A stretch of DNA of 64,000 nt from Ylistrum balloti (Eukaryota): positions 62,001-126,000 of the forward strand of contig NW_026783003.1 in assembly GCF_031769215.1 (NCBI RefSeq), read 5' to 3'. A model generated the notes under the pieces. It was not told the DNA's origin and made no database searches. It worked only from the letters and a program-made list of their open reading frames with translations. The stretch's first letter is position 1, and every line of letters begins with the position of its first letter. Positions 42,801 through 50,914 of this stretch are shown piece by piece. The position numbers and the translations under genes are program-made.

Positions 42801-45800
42801 ATTGTTCAACACATTCTGTAAAAACATTAATTTTTGATGCAAGATTTTTTGTTGTTGATTTAATGGGTACTCTTAATCCACAAATTGTTAAATTAGTATA
42901 CCATGTAAGCAGATTAATTGTCCACAGACGGCCATCTTGGATTTTGATATAATAGTTTGTTTTGCTAATTAATAAAATAATTATGTAGGCAAAAAACAAG
43001 TGTCAATGAATGAATGATTTTTTGAAAACCCATAAAAATTGAGACCCACAATAATTTGTAATTCTACAGTAGTTTATCCGAGTGGTATCCTCTAGTCATC
43101 TAATATATGGTAATAGATAATAGTTCATCAAAACCAAAGGCAAAGAAGTGCATTACATGCATTGTCAAGGAAAAAGATCTGATAATCAATTATATTGTAT
43201 AATTATCACATTTGTTTATATTAAGATGATGCTATGTTTGAACAATATTTTGATTACATGTAAAAACTTATTTTAAATTTTTAGACACTGATAAAAAGTA
43301 TAAAAATGTCTGATGATTTTAGTATTTTCAAGATGTAGGCAGGTCACGACATGGCTGATATCAAGTCAACAAATGAAATCAGGCGAGTTGGCAACACTGT
43401 AACTTACAATCATTGTGAAAATGTCACTCCATTAGAATGTAGTTCAAATGAAAAGATCATTATTTGTTATAAAAATAGCTTTCAATTACTTCTATAATTA
43501 AAACTAATTTAGGATTTTTTAACTTTTTATTTTTCAAAATTTAGAAAGTTGGCTTATACATTTAAGAAATAACTTCAATTGGGAATGGACACCATTACAT
43601 GTCCCAAAAAGCCCTTAAATTTTACTAGAAATTGTATGAAACACAAGAAATCATCTAAAATGCATAATTTCGTTGTAGATAAGTGGAGGATAACATATTT
43701 GTTAGTTGGACAAATATCTAACAGATGGGTGCAATACCATTTAAAGAACTGAAAACAGTATAAAGAAGAAGACTTTGCTCATTTTTGGCTTCAACTGGTC
43801 ATCAATTCACATGTATTGGAGAGAATTGGTATCTATAACGAGTAAAGGTTGGTGATGTCTTCATCTCTAAATATAAATTCAGTACCTAATGGGGACAGGG
43901 TCTCCAGGGGCCTGTCTCTTTTAATTCTAAGGTTATCCTTGTTTCTGAAACACTTTCAGTTTTATTTGCATGAGTGTAACTATATTTGGTAAACAGTTTG
44001 TCTATTAATACTTACGTATATCTGGTACACCGACCCCACTTCCAGAAGCTACATTTTGAATAATACTTCGTTTCCTCAGTGTGAGTGCTCACACAAACAT
44101 GGTTTCTGAAACATTCAAACATTAGATTTAATTTAAAAGAAATGTTTCTTTGATAATAATTCAACATATCTGCATAAGCAGCAGTGACAACTGGCTTTCA
44201 CATGATATCTCCTACCAGGGATACATGGAGTTATCTACTCTTTATAAAAAATGTACATCCCTGAAACATGGATGTGTATCCATCTCGTCTCTCGTGGACA
44301 CAGTCCTTCAATTCTGAAACGAGATGGAGACCAGTGGCGTAGCAAAACATTTTTAAGAGTGTATGCTTTCAAGAGAGGATCCAAGGGCGAAGCCCCGGTT
44401 AAGGGGGTATAGGGGCGCAGTAAGGTTAAAAAAGTAGGGCAAATATATCTCAATGGAATTCGAGTGTATGTTTAAGCATATAAGCATACATTATTGCTAC
44501 GCCTCTGGAGACAAATCGTTTTCTAGTATCACAACGCCATTGACAAAAGCATTTGGACAACATACTTTCTCCTCGACTGTGGATACAAACCATTTCCCGC
44601 CAAAACTTTCAAGGGACGTCACTCTTTCTTAAATAAATGATGCTTCTATATATTAGAGTGAGAGACACAGATAAATGACATATAAGCGTAAAATGTTATA
44701 TATAAAAACAGCTCTTTTCCTGTGTAACTAGAGTTTATGTTATTTTCATAATATGTCATTTAAAATACATAACATTAACATATTATGATACAAACTATAT
44801 CCGACGGGAAATATATATAAAAAATCTAATATAGCGTAAATATATCTAAACCTGCCGAACGTAATATCTGCACCCTACAGGAAAGTCTTCTTGTTTTGAC
44901 GGACAGCATGACTAGAATTAAGTAATTTAACTCAATTTCAAGGATATGTACATAAACAAGCTATCAATTTTATTCCAATATATTATTTCAATCCATGCGT
45001 CTATATTTTTTCTCGATGCAAAGGATGAGACACCCAACCAATGGATTATGACAGACATTAAATGATAAATACATGCAGTGTGATGTAATCAATCATATTT
45101 TACTATCTATACATGCGAAAAAAATTGTTTTGATCAAGTCCTCCTTTACACAGCCAAGGAAACAGCCACGGACTTCGTCATACACGAGGTGGTCCCCTAA
45201 CGATATGTCTGCTACCTGTTGAAAATCGGCCAAGAAATAACAGTGTTTGTACGGACACTAGTACTGGTACCGCGTGCTAATTCAGACAATGCATTTCCTA
45301 ATTATAGATCTGTTTCTTATTTTGCTGAACAGTTCTTTGTTTTATGAACAGACATGTACCTCAAAGCTTGAATCAGATGTGTTTCTTTGTTACATCGTAA
45401 TAACTTGACGTGGATTGAATTAAACATAATTGCAAAATTTCGATTTTATTTCTTTTAATAAGACGAATCAGTGGAAATTGTATAAATTGATAAGTCCAGA
45501 TAATACGTATCTGTAATAAGGCTTATTGAGAAACAATATACAGACATGCACATAGCGTACACGCTCGTAAACAATGTGTTCTACATAACATCATTCTCAT
45601 ACGGATCTATCCTAACAACCGAGTTTTATGTCCCGGTTTCACAAGTGGGCCAAAACTAGAAGGTTTCACCATTGATCGCTTTAAAAATTGTATATGTCAC
45701 TGTTACTATAAATAGAATATGTATGACCCAGTCACGTCCTTTCTCTGAGACTAACTTCATTTTCGTTGTATTATCGTTATAAAACTCCATGCACATGCTT

Positions 45801-47616
45801 ACAGCCATGAATTCTTGTAAATGTTTGCGTCAAACTTCTGTGATAAATAACAATGTTAACATTACCTCTGGTTTGAAAAGAAAGAAAGAACGAGAAAGAA
45901 AGAAATACGAAAGATCTAAAGGCATTTTCATAATATTGATTGGTTATATAACAAGGATCTTATTTAGAATCTGGGAACAGGAATATGTTCCTGTAAAGAT
46001 CAAGAGGCACTAGATTTTCGCCAATAGTGTAGGATGAGGGCGATTGAGCTTGAGTAGATCTGCCATTTTCAGAATTCAGTATTGAATTATTCTGCAAAAC
46101 ACGAGACAATGACGTCATCTCAAAGAGGAAATGGTCTATACACTTATTGAAAAATCTCTGTGGAATAAAAACCAGGACAGTGTCGTGCCGCTTGATCTTA
46201 CTTAAGATCCCATATATACGTGTATATGATCCCATCAAATGGCTTTGTCACGTTCTACGTGAACCCATACGTTACTGATTAAAGGTTTAACTTGTAAGGT
46301 ATGTGATGGGAGTCGAGATAAATCCCATATTTGCTCCAAACACACGACGGCATTTAACTATTTCACCAGTGTAGATACATATACCGGGTCGGCTTGTTCT
46401 GGGGGTTTTACATGACACCCACCAATGTTAGGTTAAACCTCCAATTCAGCCCTCTTTAACATTATTTAAAAACAACAAACAAACACGTGGTTAACACAAG
46501 CCCGGGGCTATTCAACAGGAATATTTTATCATGTAATCTTGAAAATTCCAAATAATGAATGAGAGAAAAAAAAAAACAAAGAAAAACAAACCTTTATACA
46601 TGTATGACATATTTTGATGACCTTCCTAAAACATTGAATCATGCACATGCGTTATATTAGCACTTCGAATTCACGTAAAATCCTCATTATGGTTTACTTA
46701 TTTTTACTTATATTACTCTCAAACGTGAAAAAGAATCCATTATAGTCTTCAGCAGTCTTCTATATGTACATGTAGGGAAGGGTTTTACAATGCCAGAATG
46801 TGGTCTGCTCAGTTAGGTTCTATTACATAGTGACAATTCGCGGACACGGGGATCCTGACCAGACGAGAATATAACTGTTATATAAGAAGGGGAATTGGGG
46901 TTAGAGGGACTCGAAGGTGGAGGAGGCAGCGGTGGTAAAGGGTGGGATCAGATGTGGATTTGGAAGAGGGGTTATGATGGTAAGGGGTAAGGTGGTAGGG
47001 GGGTTTGTGAGAGAGAGAGAGAAATATATGATAATGGTACGGGATGGGTTGAATGGGGGTTGAGGGAGAAAGGGGCGGTGGTGGTAAGGGATAATAAGGG
47101 AAGAGGGTTTAAATGAGGAAGAGGCGGTGATGGTAAAGTGTATGGGGAGACAGGGATTTGGATTAGGGGAAGTGATGATAGTAAGTAGATTCGTGGGACT
47201 GAGGTTTGAGGGAGGAAGAGGCGGTGATGGTAAAGGGCGTGGTGGGATGATGGTTTGAGGATGTGGGAAGTAATGGGCAGAGATAACGTGGAATCTGGAG
47301 GTGAGGGATTTGAAGGAGGAGGCAGTGATGGTAAGAGCTAGCGAACGTCTACTCCAATTTAGACCGACTGGATATATATATATACGAAAACAATATATGA
47401 TACCTAAGATGTCTGTTCTGGACATATGATGGTATTTACTATATAGATATAGGTTTCATTGGAGTAGGAAATGGAGGAACAGCATACTCACCCAGGTCCA
47501 TCAAGTGGGTCATTATAGACCATTGGGAAGCCACCACTGGTCCCTAAGTCATGGAATGGTCCGGCCTGAGTCAGACCAAAGGACAAAACACACGTTAATG
47601 ACCAAAGCGTCAACAT
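600..47616 (-). CDS. Complete 53-exon gene encoding a ~3441-aa secreted EMI/EGF + FN3-like-repeat + galactose-binding-like protein (uncharacterised)
   Basis: Manually spliced exons, all GT-AG, phases matching at every junction; total 10326 nt (divisible by 3) from ATG 47616 to TGA 600-602; the same beta-sandwich motif recurs across exons. Product naming is inferred from motifs, no database search. Confidence 0.88.
1005..1125. repeat. ~24-bp minisatellite (gcacgacaccaaacactaccattg), about 5 copies
   Basis: Direct inspection; produces the 8-aa repeats in ORFs 974-1159 and 1032-1250. Confidence 0.85.
1940..2940. repeat. 73-bp tandem array, 14 copies, overlapping the exon 52 donor
   Basis: ggttaccattaatggtgggaggctgtgtgaacactgtaag...; units start at 1948...2165, 2238...2820, 2893. 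Confidence 0.95.
2899..3088 (-). CDS. Exon 52
   Basis: FTLDGEKRK...VFTQPPTIN G|gtaacc; phase 0-1; its 3' end is the first unit of the 73-bp array. Confidence 0.87.
3626..3960 (-). CDS. Exon 51
   Basis: YQPFGNELQTF...SSDGV...KWSGFVD...EGFT; phase 1-0. Confidence 0.9.
4354..4449 (-). CDS. Exon 50
   Basis: LDLDSWEQ...WEVNDPESGLDFCEWAI; phase 1-1. Confidence 0.88.
5019..5033 (-). CDS. Exon 49 (15-nt microexon, candidate)
   Basis: tttatttttcag|GCACAGGAACAACAG|gtaagtac; strong splice sites, phase 1-1, frame-neutral so it cannot be proven from frame alone. Confidence 0.65.
5320..5532 (-). CDS. Exon 48
   Basis: YKKGGTQVQDF...DLTAPVITAVNDGS; phase 1-1. Confidence 0.9.
5765..6544 (-). CDS. Exon 47 (780 nt; contains the galactose-binding-like/DUF642-like domain)
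   Basis: MRVYNKVYAVD...DTTPP...NLATNPSFE...LSQDISGL...IDDIQV...EYLWAI; phase 1-1. Confidence 0.92.
6868..7071 (-). CDS. Exon 46
   Basis: IHDLEYQSST...ATWHGFVDLDAGVKTYYWCVGS; phase 1-1. Confidence 0.9.
7540..8030. mobile_element. Degenerate satellite-like / Helentron-associated (HINE-like) repeat
   Basis: Recurring aaatttgagga...atttc...ga.atag...ataac subunits; boundaries approximate; family assignment from recall. Confidence 0.4.
8690..9160. mobile_element. Degenerate ~150-bp subrepeat element (HINE/satellite-like)
   Basis: gtaaca.tg.ccttgac-like motifs at about 8731, 8883 and 9028. Confidence 0.5.
9406..9609 (-). CDS. Exon 45
   Basis: DDVYIV...SSDGFVIDNVVPVMGKVYDGT; phase 1-1. Confidence 0.9.
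9775..9919 (-). CDS. Exon 44
   Basis: VTESNH...DMDFLEYQPFMVSW...STMPG; phase 0-1. Confidence 0.88.
10407..10549 (-). CDS. Exon 43
   Basis: KPILSEGISYAFFIRVWY...SSGVTIMTTPP; phase 1-0. Confidence 0.87.
10973..11094 (-). CDS. Exon 42
   Basis: FEWSVCFE...WHDAG...LVPR; phase 2-1, donor gttcgt. Confidence 0.8.
11661..11781 (-). CDS. Exon 41
   Basis: NPNSPLDVKDFD...LQPL TG|gtaagt; phase 1-2. Confidence 0.85.
12175..12349 (-). CDS. Exon 40 (Cys-rich)
   Basis: VGLSSS...RCDSYSCLGHCVCAPQDNVCPYSHLDPC; phase 0-1. Confidence 0.88.
12710..12985. repeat. 54-bp minisatellite, about 5 copies
   Basis: aatgttacttatatagaattgaggatggaagccctgctggaggtctatcagtgt; starts directly after the exon 39 donor. Confidence 0.92.
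12990..13133 (-). CDS. Exon 39
   Basis: VTGIPVS...HMWAVNT |gtatgt; phase 0-0. Confidence 0.85.
13553..13731 (-). CDS. Exon 38
   Basis: MFSIKTNH...SWIGFADLHS...SDLNK; phase 1-0 (an in-frame alternative donor lies 12 nt further on). Confidence 0.85.
14126..14279 (-). CDS. Exon 37
   Basis: VNGIVRDY...ACNGAGIC...DSSPPSR; phase 0-1. Confidence 0.9.
14480..14845. repeat. Degenerate ~60-bp tandem copies of the exon 36 3' end plus donor
   Basis: The copy at 14537-14590 matches exonic 14788-14841 at 46/54 nt with no indels. Confidence 0.8.
14788..15017 (-). CDS. Exon 36
   Basis: LYVDTVSNGFTVDNTAPV...QLSSTK; phase 1-0. Confidence 0.88.
15070..16835. repeat. 38-bp minisatellite, about 46 copies, filling intron 35
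   Basis: ggactggcctacagacagtctgtgatgtatatgtattt; local 152-bp (4-unit) higher-order repeat. Confidence 0.95.
16856..17064 (-). CDS. Exon 35
   Basis: TYIGAKWYGFSDPQSG...VRAYNKA; phase 2-1. Confidence 0.9.
17472..17658 (-). CDS. Exon 34
   Basis: FVLSMK...TACNTANLC...DNSPPTAGAVQDG; phase 1-2. Confidence 0.9.
17863..18021. mobile_element. Foldback/MITE-like element with nested inverted repeats
   Basis: Outer arms gtaggagtgttttca / tgaaaacactcctac (15 bp perfect); inner arms gtttcaccagtca / tgactggtgaaac (13 bp perfect). Confidence 0.55.
18349..18625 (-). CDS. Exon 33
   Basis: AYNGAGL...DLTPPVIGHVYDG...YWEGFHD; phase 0-1. Confidence 0.92.
19326..19509 (-). CDS. Exon 32
   Basis: WKEVFSDLESGIQRYMWAVGSEPG...YYITIK; phase 2-0. 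Confidence 0.9.
19565..19800. repeat. 30-bp minisatellite (gacatgtcatacaggtagacatgatagagc) with decayed flanking copies
   Basis: Direct inspection; produces the TCHTGRHDRA and MSTCMTCRSI repeats in the ORF track. Confidence 0.85.
19877..20009 (-). CDS. Exon 31
   Basis: KDFAGRSTTQMSHAVIIDVTPPIK...; phase 1-2. Confidence 0.87.
20644..20760 (-). CDS. Exon 30
   Basis: TTAGGNDMVDFTDVG...GHTYYATVT; phase 1-1. Confidence 0.9.
20985..21090 (-). CDS. Exon 29
   Basis: TILTDIYVNWETFVDVEE...YNVSI G|gt; phase 0-1. Confidence 0.85.
21448..21665 (-). CDS. Exon 28
   Basis: ttttag|AT KEYMNTEF...CSDGVVVDLTPPIPGNVWIG...YQ; phase 1-0. Confidence 0.87.
22286..22540 (-). CDS. Exon 27
   Basis: GALKNGYG...SIKCGNT; phase 1-1. 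Confidence 0.87.
23047..23239 (-). CDS. Exon 26
   Basis: LTFELSLTGEMD...QQYDE |gtaagt; phase 0-1. Confidence 0.88.
23588..23752 (-). CDS. Exon 25
   Basis: LVVQMDRFYDPD...YEWAIT...VTASK; phase 0-0. Confidence 0.88.
24418..24653 (-). CDS. Exon 24
   Basis: caacag|GT IWTVVRDF...YRVALKLCAG...GGVEK; phase 1-0. Confidence 0.85.
24921..25065 (-). CDS. Exon 23
   Basis: DNRVRCDEERDFQ...HWAIEEEDAAG; phase 0-1. Confidence 0.85.
25245..25279 (-). CDS. Exon 22 (35 nt)
   Basis: cttacag|TG DDGTLFHHHEQ |gtaagt; needed to bridge phase 1 to phase 0. Confidence 0.78.
25598..25733 (-). CDS. Exon 21
   Basis: TYYFTVEAVTSVGSVSVTSDGVTV...KPCNFT; phase 0-1. Confidence 0.87.
26033..26230 (-). CDS. Exon 20
   Basis: DIEDSDFQTDQSRLQVRW...IAIGTTSGG...HWQ; phase 0-0. 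Confidence 0.9.
27130..27386 (-). CDS. Exon 19
   Basis: HSEYGVDVQQY...YYVTVRAENSVGL...DVPVG; phase 1-0. Confidence 0.9.
27657..27810 (-). CDS. Exon 18
   Basis: TLGPFLLDTTAPTFSG...FYSFAI G|gtgaga; phase 0-1. Confidence 0.9.
28105..28477 (-). CDS. Exon 17
   Basis: AKATVVSDLDLFP...TETENIQ; phase 2-0. Confidence 0.88.
28744..29021 (-). CDS. Exon 16
   Basis: VIETTD...YFVTVVAFNHALEPSVPVCSDGVTID; phase 0-2. Confidence 0.9.
29263..29472 (-). CDS. Exon 15
   Basis: ITIDVSPPHTGVVHDG...HWEGFFDRESG; phase 0-0. Confidence 0.9.
30002..30220 (-). CDS. Exon 14
   Basis: DLSACQATYGGNPGDCYCTPYQGC...YIEIQVTNIAQLVTTLRKK; phase 0-0. Confidence 0.88.
30742..30865 (-). CDS. Exon 13
   Basis: IEWESYDFHSGIDSLYWKLYD...SQRAD; phase 2-0. 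Confidence 0.87.
31953..32410 (+). mobile_element. Non-autonomous Helentron-associated (HINE/pearl-like) element
   Basis: AACAAGAG start, two ~157-bp internal subrepeats (32072/32229), (GGAC)n microsatellite at 32341-32363, GC-rich end before an A-run; matches the layout described for bivalve pearl/HINE elements. Confidence 0.6.
32595..32898 (-). CDS. Exon 12
   Basis: VVDFWVSFEV...DNTAPVIRDLWL...; phase 1-2. Confidence 0.9.
33150..33500 (-). mobile_element. Probable interspersed repeat remnant
   Basis: ttattagg...tttcttattattcttcttct start and aatatggccaccatgacgtc / aatatctcgaaaacc motifs resembling bivalve dispersed repeats; from recall only. Confidence 0.35.
34062..34410 (-). CDS. Exon 11
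   Basis: ATFALTTPGMYMLLLHVIDRAGN...IDHVN; phase 0-1. Confidence 0.9.
34750..34908 (-). CDS. Exon 10
   Basis: PSITFSWDGWADDLSGLDKYEYEV...SQSS; phase 0-0. Confidence 0.87.
35393..35800. repeat. 71-bp minisatellite, 6 copies
   Basis: gtagggacaggtgacaaaattcacatac... at 35393, 35464, 35535, 35606, ~35682, ~35753. Confidence 0.9.
35881..36094 (-). CDS. Exon 9
   Basis: LYFDMSVRNGGYV...APDLTED |gtaagt; phase 2-0. Confidence 0.87.
36682..36811 (-). CDS. Exon 8
   Basis: STAVWPYYLRNC...SNFMHND; phase 1-2. Confidence 0.85.
37100..37620. repeat. Diverged ~170-bp satellite-like subrepeats, about 3 copies
   Basis: (a/g)gc.aatcagg...cctcattaaa at about 37110, 37282 and 37449. Confidence 0.7.
38200..38490 (-). 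CDS. Exon 7
   Basis: IDAPAITDQQ...IKFSLYR |gtaagt; phase 1-1. Confidence 0.88.
39056..39169 (-). CDS. Exon 6 (EGF-like)
   Basis: ACSWRSDSTRCYPGKCSSETSDSCVCMQGFTGHHCDE |gtaagt. Confidence 0.9.
39916..40059 (-). CDS. Exon 5 (Cys-rich)
   Basis: tttcag| CPKIDHCLHRKCTSPWDNICAYCDGEIREEQYWRAYTSATDGKKSCK |gtgtgt. Confidence 0.88.
40103..41800. repeat. 144-bp tandem array, 12 copies, filling intron 4
   Basis: gtacccattga anchors at 40116, 40260, 40406 ... 41702; 288-bp dimer higher-order repeat in the middle. Confidence 0.95.
41878..42057 (-). CDS. Exon 4 (EGF-like)
   Basis: ICNKRINPGDGGAC...GGTCTAPDQCSSCNDGFYANGGMCD |gtgagt. Confidence 0.9.
42695..42771 (-). CDS. Exon 3 (EMI-like, second half)
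   Basis: cacag| DKTIYNYFCCNGYQNWYDDFTNCNH |gtaagg. Confidence 0.88.
44016..44105 (-). CDS. Exon 2 (EMI-like, first half)
   Basis: tttcag|A NHVCVSTHTEETKYYSKCSFWKWGRCTRY AC|gtaagt. Confidence 0.85.
44332..44507. mobile_element. 176-bp MITE with 14-bp TIRs and a 5-bp flanking duplication
   Basis: CAGTGGCGTAGCAA ... TTGCTACGCCTCTG (1 mismatch); GAGAC on both sides. Confidence 0.8.
46890..47340. repeat. Purine/G-rich degenerate repeat in intron 1
   Basis: Recurring gagga.gaggc.gtgatggtaa motif with strong G/A skew on the + strand. Confidence 0.75.
47492..47616 (-). CDS. Exon 1 (signal peptide)
   Basis: MLTLWSLTCVLSFGLTQA-GPFHDLGTSGGFPMVYNDPLDGP, then GG|gtgagt; in-frame TGA upstream of the ATG; phase 2 fits exon 2. 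Confidence 0.85.
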
Positions 47617-47660
47617 GACCCAAGGAAAGTGGCCGTCGAGTCATCGATATCACATAATTA

Positions 47661-47685
47661 TGACGTCACACTCACACTGACGTCA
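47661..47685. promoter_or_regulatory. Tandem CRE (TGACGTCA x2) just upstream of exon 1
   Basis: Perfect palindromes at 47661-47668 and 47678-47685, 45 and 62 bp from the ATG; TATAAAT on the minus strand at 47819-47825. Confidence 0.55.
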
Positions 47686-50600
47686 GAAAAATAATCTTGT
47701 ACTGTAACAGTTTCCTTGGTTCTGTAATTCCCTTCGAAATTTTACACACAAACGATTTCTTCGTCACGAAATCGTTTTCTTCGGCGTTTTTGTTACACCA
47801 TTACACCATTGCTGGTATATTTATAAAATGAAGAATGTCTTGTTACATTTTCTCCATGTAAATAAAGATATAAGACAGAAATGTTAATCTCCGGAACAGA
47901 TTTCACCAACCTAGACCTGTCTTAGTAGTGCTAGCCGCCATTACTAGGTAGCTGTCATTGTTCGTGTTGTTCGTCTCTATTGTTTCGGAGTTCGATGATT
48001 AGTGAGATAAGGGTCGTCATATACAATATCATAAGGTTTTATTCGTGTGTGACTTAGATGGTATCCAACAGTCCAATACGCCATTCAATACATTCAAAGG
48101 CAGACTTAGTATGAAACATAGGAATAGAGAGAGAGAAAAAAACAAGTCATAATATTATGACAGGGGTCTGTCATCGGCTAATGTTAAATAGGTGTTGTAA
48201 TGAGTTGTTGCATACATTTTTACGTTATTTCAATAAGTTTTGTATACTCGAATAATTAGTTAACTCAAATACCTCCAGTAACCCGTGTGTTGTGTGGGTA
48301 TGTATCATTGCTAAATCAGGATGACAGACAGCCAATTTAGATGTGACGCGAAATGATAAATGTACAGTTGGGTTCACTGCGATATATTATATAACAAATG
48401 TCCAGACACGAGCATGGCAAAACATTGAGTATTAAGGAAAGAATAAGAAAATTTAGATCTATCGCAATGACTGATAGTTTACTTTTTCTTATAAGGATAT
48501 GACCCGGTCAAAACGGCCGCCCACAATTCTCTATTAAGCTTCACACGTCCAAATTTTCATCACCGGTAAAAGTTTAAGCCTTTTATGTTGTCTCTTATTT
48601 TGTGGATAAACGGCTATTATCAATCATAACTCTTAATACATATATATATAAACATATCTGTCATTGTTCACTATCATATTTACAACGAATTAACAACAAT
48701 TTACAAGTTGTCTCCCTTAGTATACGATGTGCAGTGTGCATTGTAAGGGATATATATATATACATGATATATGATTAGTACGGAAAATGACGAAGAGGAG
48801 GAGATGGCAGGACAGGACAGGTACAATATTTTGTTCACAGAATCAATAAAGAAGATTAAACTGTACGACAGCTTGCAATCCACTCCGTCTCTGACTTTAA
48901 ACAGCTAAAACGTTACATCTTCAGTGAACGTTTTCGGCGACGTTCTCATAAGATTACACTACATATTTAAAATTTGACTGTCATCGGAAAACACCATTTG
49001 GATAGAATATAAATTTGGGCTAAGAAAGCGGGTTCGAATCTTTCACGGCTGCATGTTTATTTGTCAACACACAAATCATTATCATTGTATCACTGAGACC
49101 GGTATAGAGGATCGTAACGATCCTGTACTGGTAATAAACTTAACTAACCTAAACTAAAGCTCCAAATATAATTTCTTGTTGGTTTACCTGTTCTGGGTGT
49201 TACAATCGACAGGAAACTATGGGTCCTTCGAATTAATAAATGTCTTAAAAATATAGTGTCTCACACTGACCGGGACGTCGATAGGACAGTTTGGCTAAGA
49301 CTCTCAGAAGTAGACTGGTCCTTCTATTTATGCAATCGGATAGAAAATCTTATCACACAGATTATAAGGTACTGTTCATCTGGGTCTGAGGCTTGTTTTT
49401 GGAGTCTTTAAAACCATACATCTAATTCAAGTCTCCACGTAGATACTAACGAACCGTCGCTGTATAATGGTCGATATGAAATGTCGCTACATTCCACACT
49501 ACACGGCTTGTTGTTACCTTGTGTTTTATCTAAATTATAAAACTCAATTTCAAAATAAAATAAGTGCATTCCATGTTGTTCCGAGTTTCAGACAATGTTC
49601 AAATTTATGTCCATACATATTTTGGAACATTTCTTCAGGTTGGCAATGTCAATAGAATAAAAATTCTTATGACACAACCATCAGAAGATTAAAGTGTGAC
49701 GTTTCGATAACTACACTGCACTGGCGTACGTAGTGTACGAGATGGTAAGGCATCGACCAACTTTTTCGGCTGCACTTTAATTTTATGAGCACTGAAGTCG
49801 ATAATAGTGTGACGAGATGGTAAACAGAGTATAGACCAAAAAACTACACCAGATGGTAACAATGTACTATAGTCAATTCGGCTACGCTTTATTTAATACT
49901 TGGTCAAAGATGGGCGACACAATAGAATAAATACCATTCCTCAATTATGTTTTTAATCTACCATAAAGTTGACTGATTGTTGTATGCAATGAAATTTTTA
50001 AAAAAAAATTAAGTCAAAATATAATGACCCCCCCTCCACCACCCCTTCAGTGATAGTTGAACCACGGGTCAATATGCAGAAAACCAATTATAATCACCGG
50101 CTATCGGTGACTGATCTCCTTGCTGTAGAGACAGGTATCGACAAGACATTGTCGTTGTCCGTCTTCGGATGAGTCAAATGTACTCTACCCATTTACATAG
50201 ACAGAAGAGCGAAGACCAGACTCTGTGTAGAGCCAGCAATACAGAGTGTCTACATTAACATACATTTAATTTAACTGTACATTGGATTATAGCATACATA
50301 ATTTGTCGCTTCTTCTTTCTATTTTTTTTTTTTCAATACTACATTTTATCGTTCGTTTTAAACTAATTATTCTTCTACCTCTTTTTAGTCCGCCATTTAT
50401 TGGCTCTGATGACCTTTACTGTGTTGGTGGGTTGTAAGGGTATGATTATAATAATAGAACTGCCCCGCCGATAGACACATATAATTTACGATCGTTTATG
50501 GAATTCATCAATGTCCACAATCTACCTTTTGGTTTAATGAACCGTGTTTGTAACTGGTCAGTCAGCCTTTCAGGTGACATACTTTTATGGTAGAACAAAC

Positions 50601-50899
50601 GTCTAGCTTATCTATTTCACTCTTCCGTAAAAATAAGAAATACAAAGGTAAACACGTTTAGACATTTAGCGGAGTCTTCAAAGTAAAGGGACAGAATTAG
50701 TAGTGGCGTGATGTTTCATCCATCGGTCAGGGCGACTTCACGGACTGGATGATTCAGGCCTGTGTAGATTTTCTTCGAGAAGCGTGTGTAATCAGAAGTC
50801 ATAACAAAAATACATATTCTATCGGTAGAATTGAACTTTATTTTCATATTGTTTTCATGACAGGTGTGAGTGCATGTATGTAAGTTGTAACACTTTAAT

Positions 50900-50914
50900 G
50901 AGAGAGAGAGAGAG

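Noticed and set aside
45995-46200. 15-bp imperfect inverted repeats (aagatcaagaggcac / gtgccgcttgatctt) as a MITE
   Set aside because: No clear target-site duplication or other support; could be an old remnant but cannot be called.
46901-47425. 174-aa Pro/Ile/Thr-rich ORF as an extensin-like gene
   Set aside because: By-product of the C/T-rich strand of a low-complexity intronic tract.
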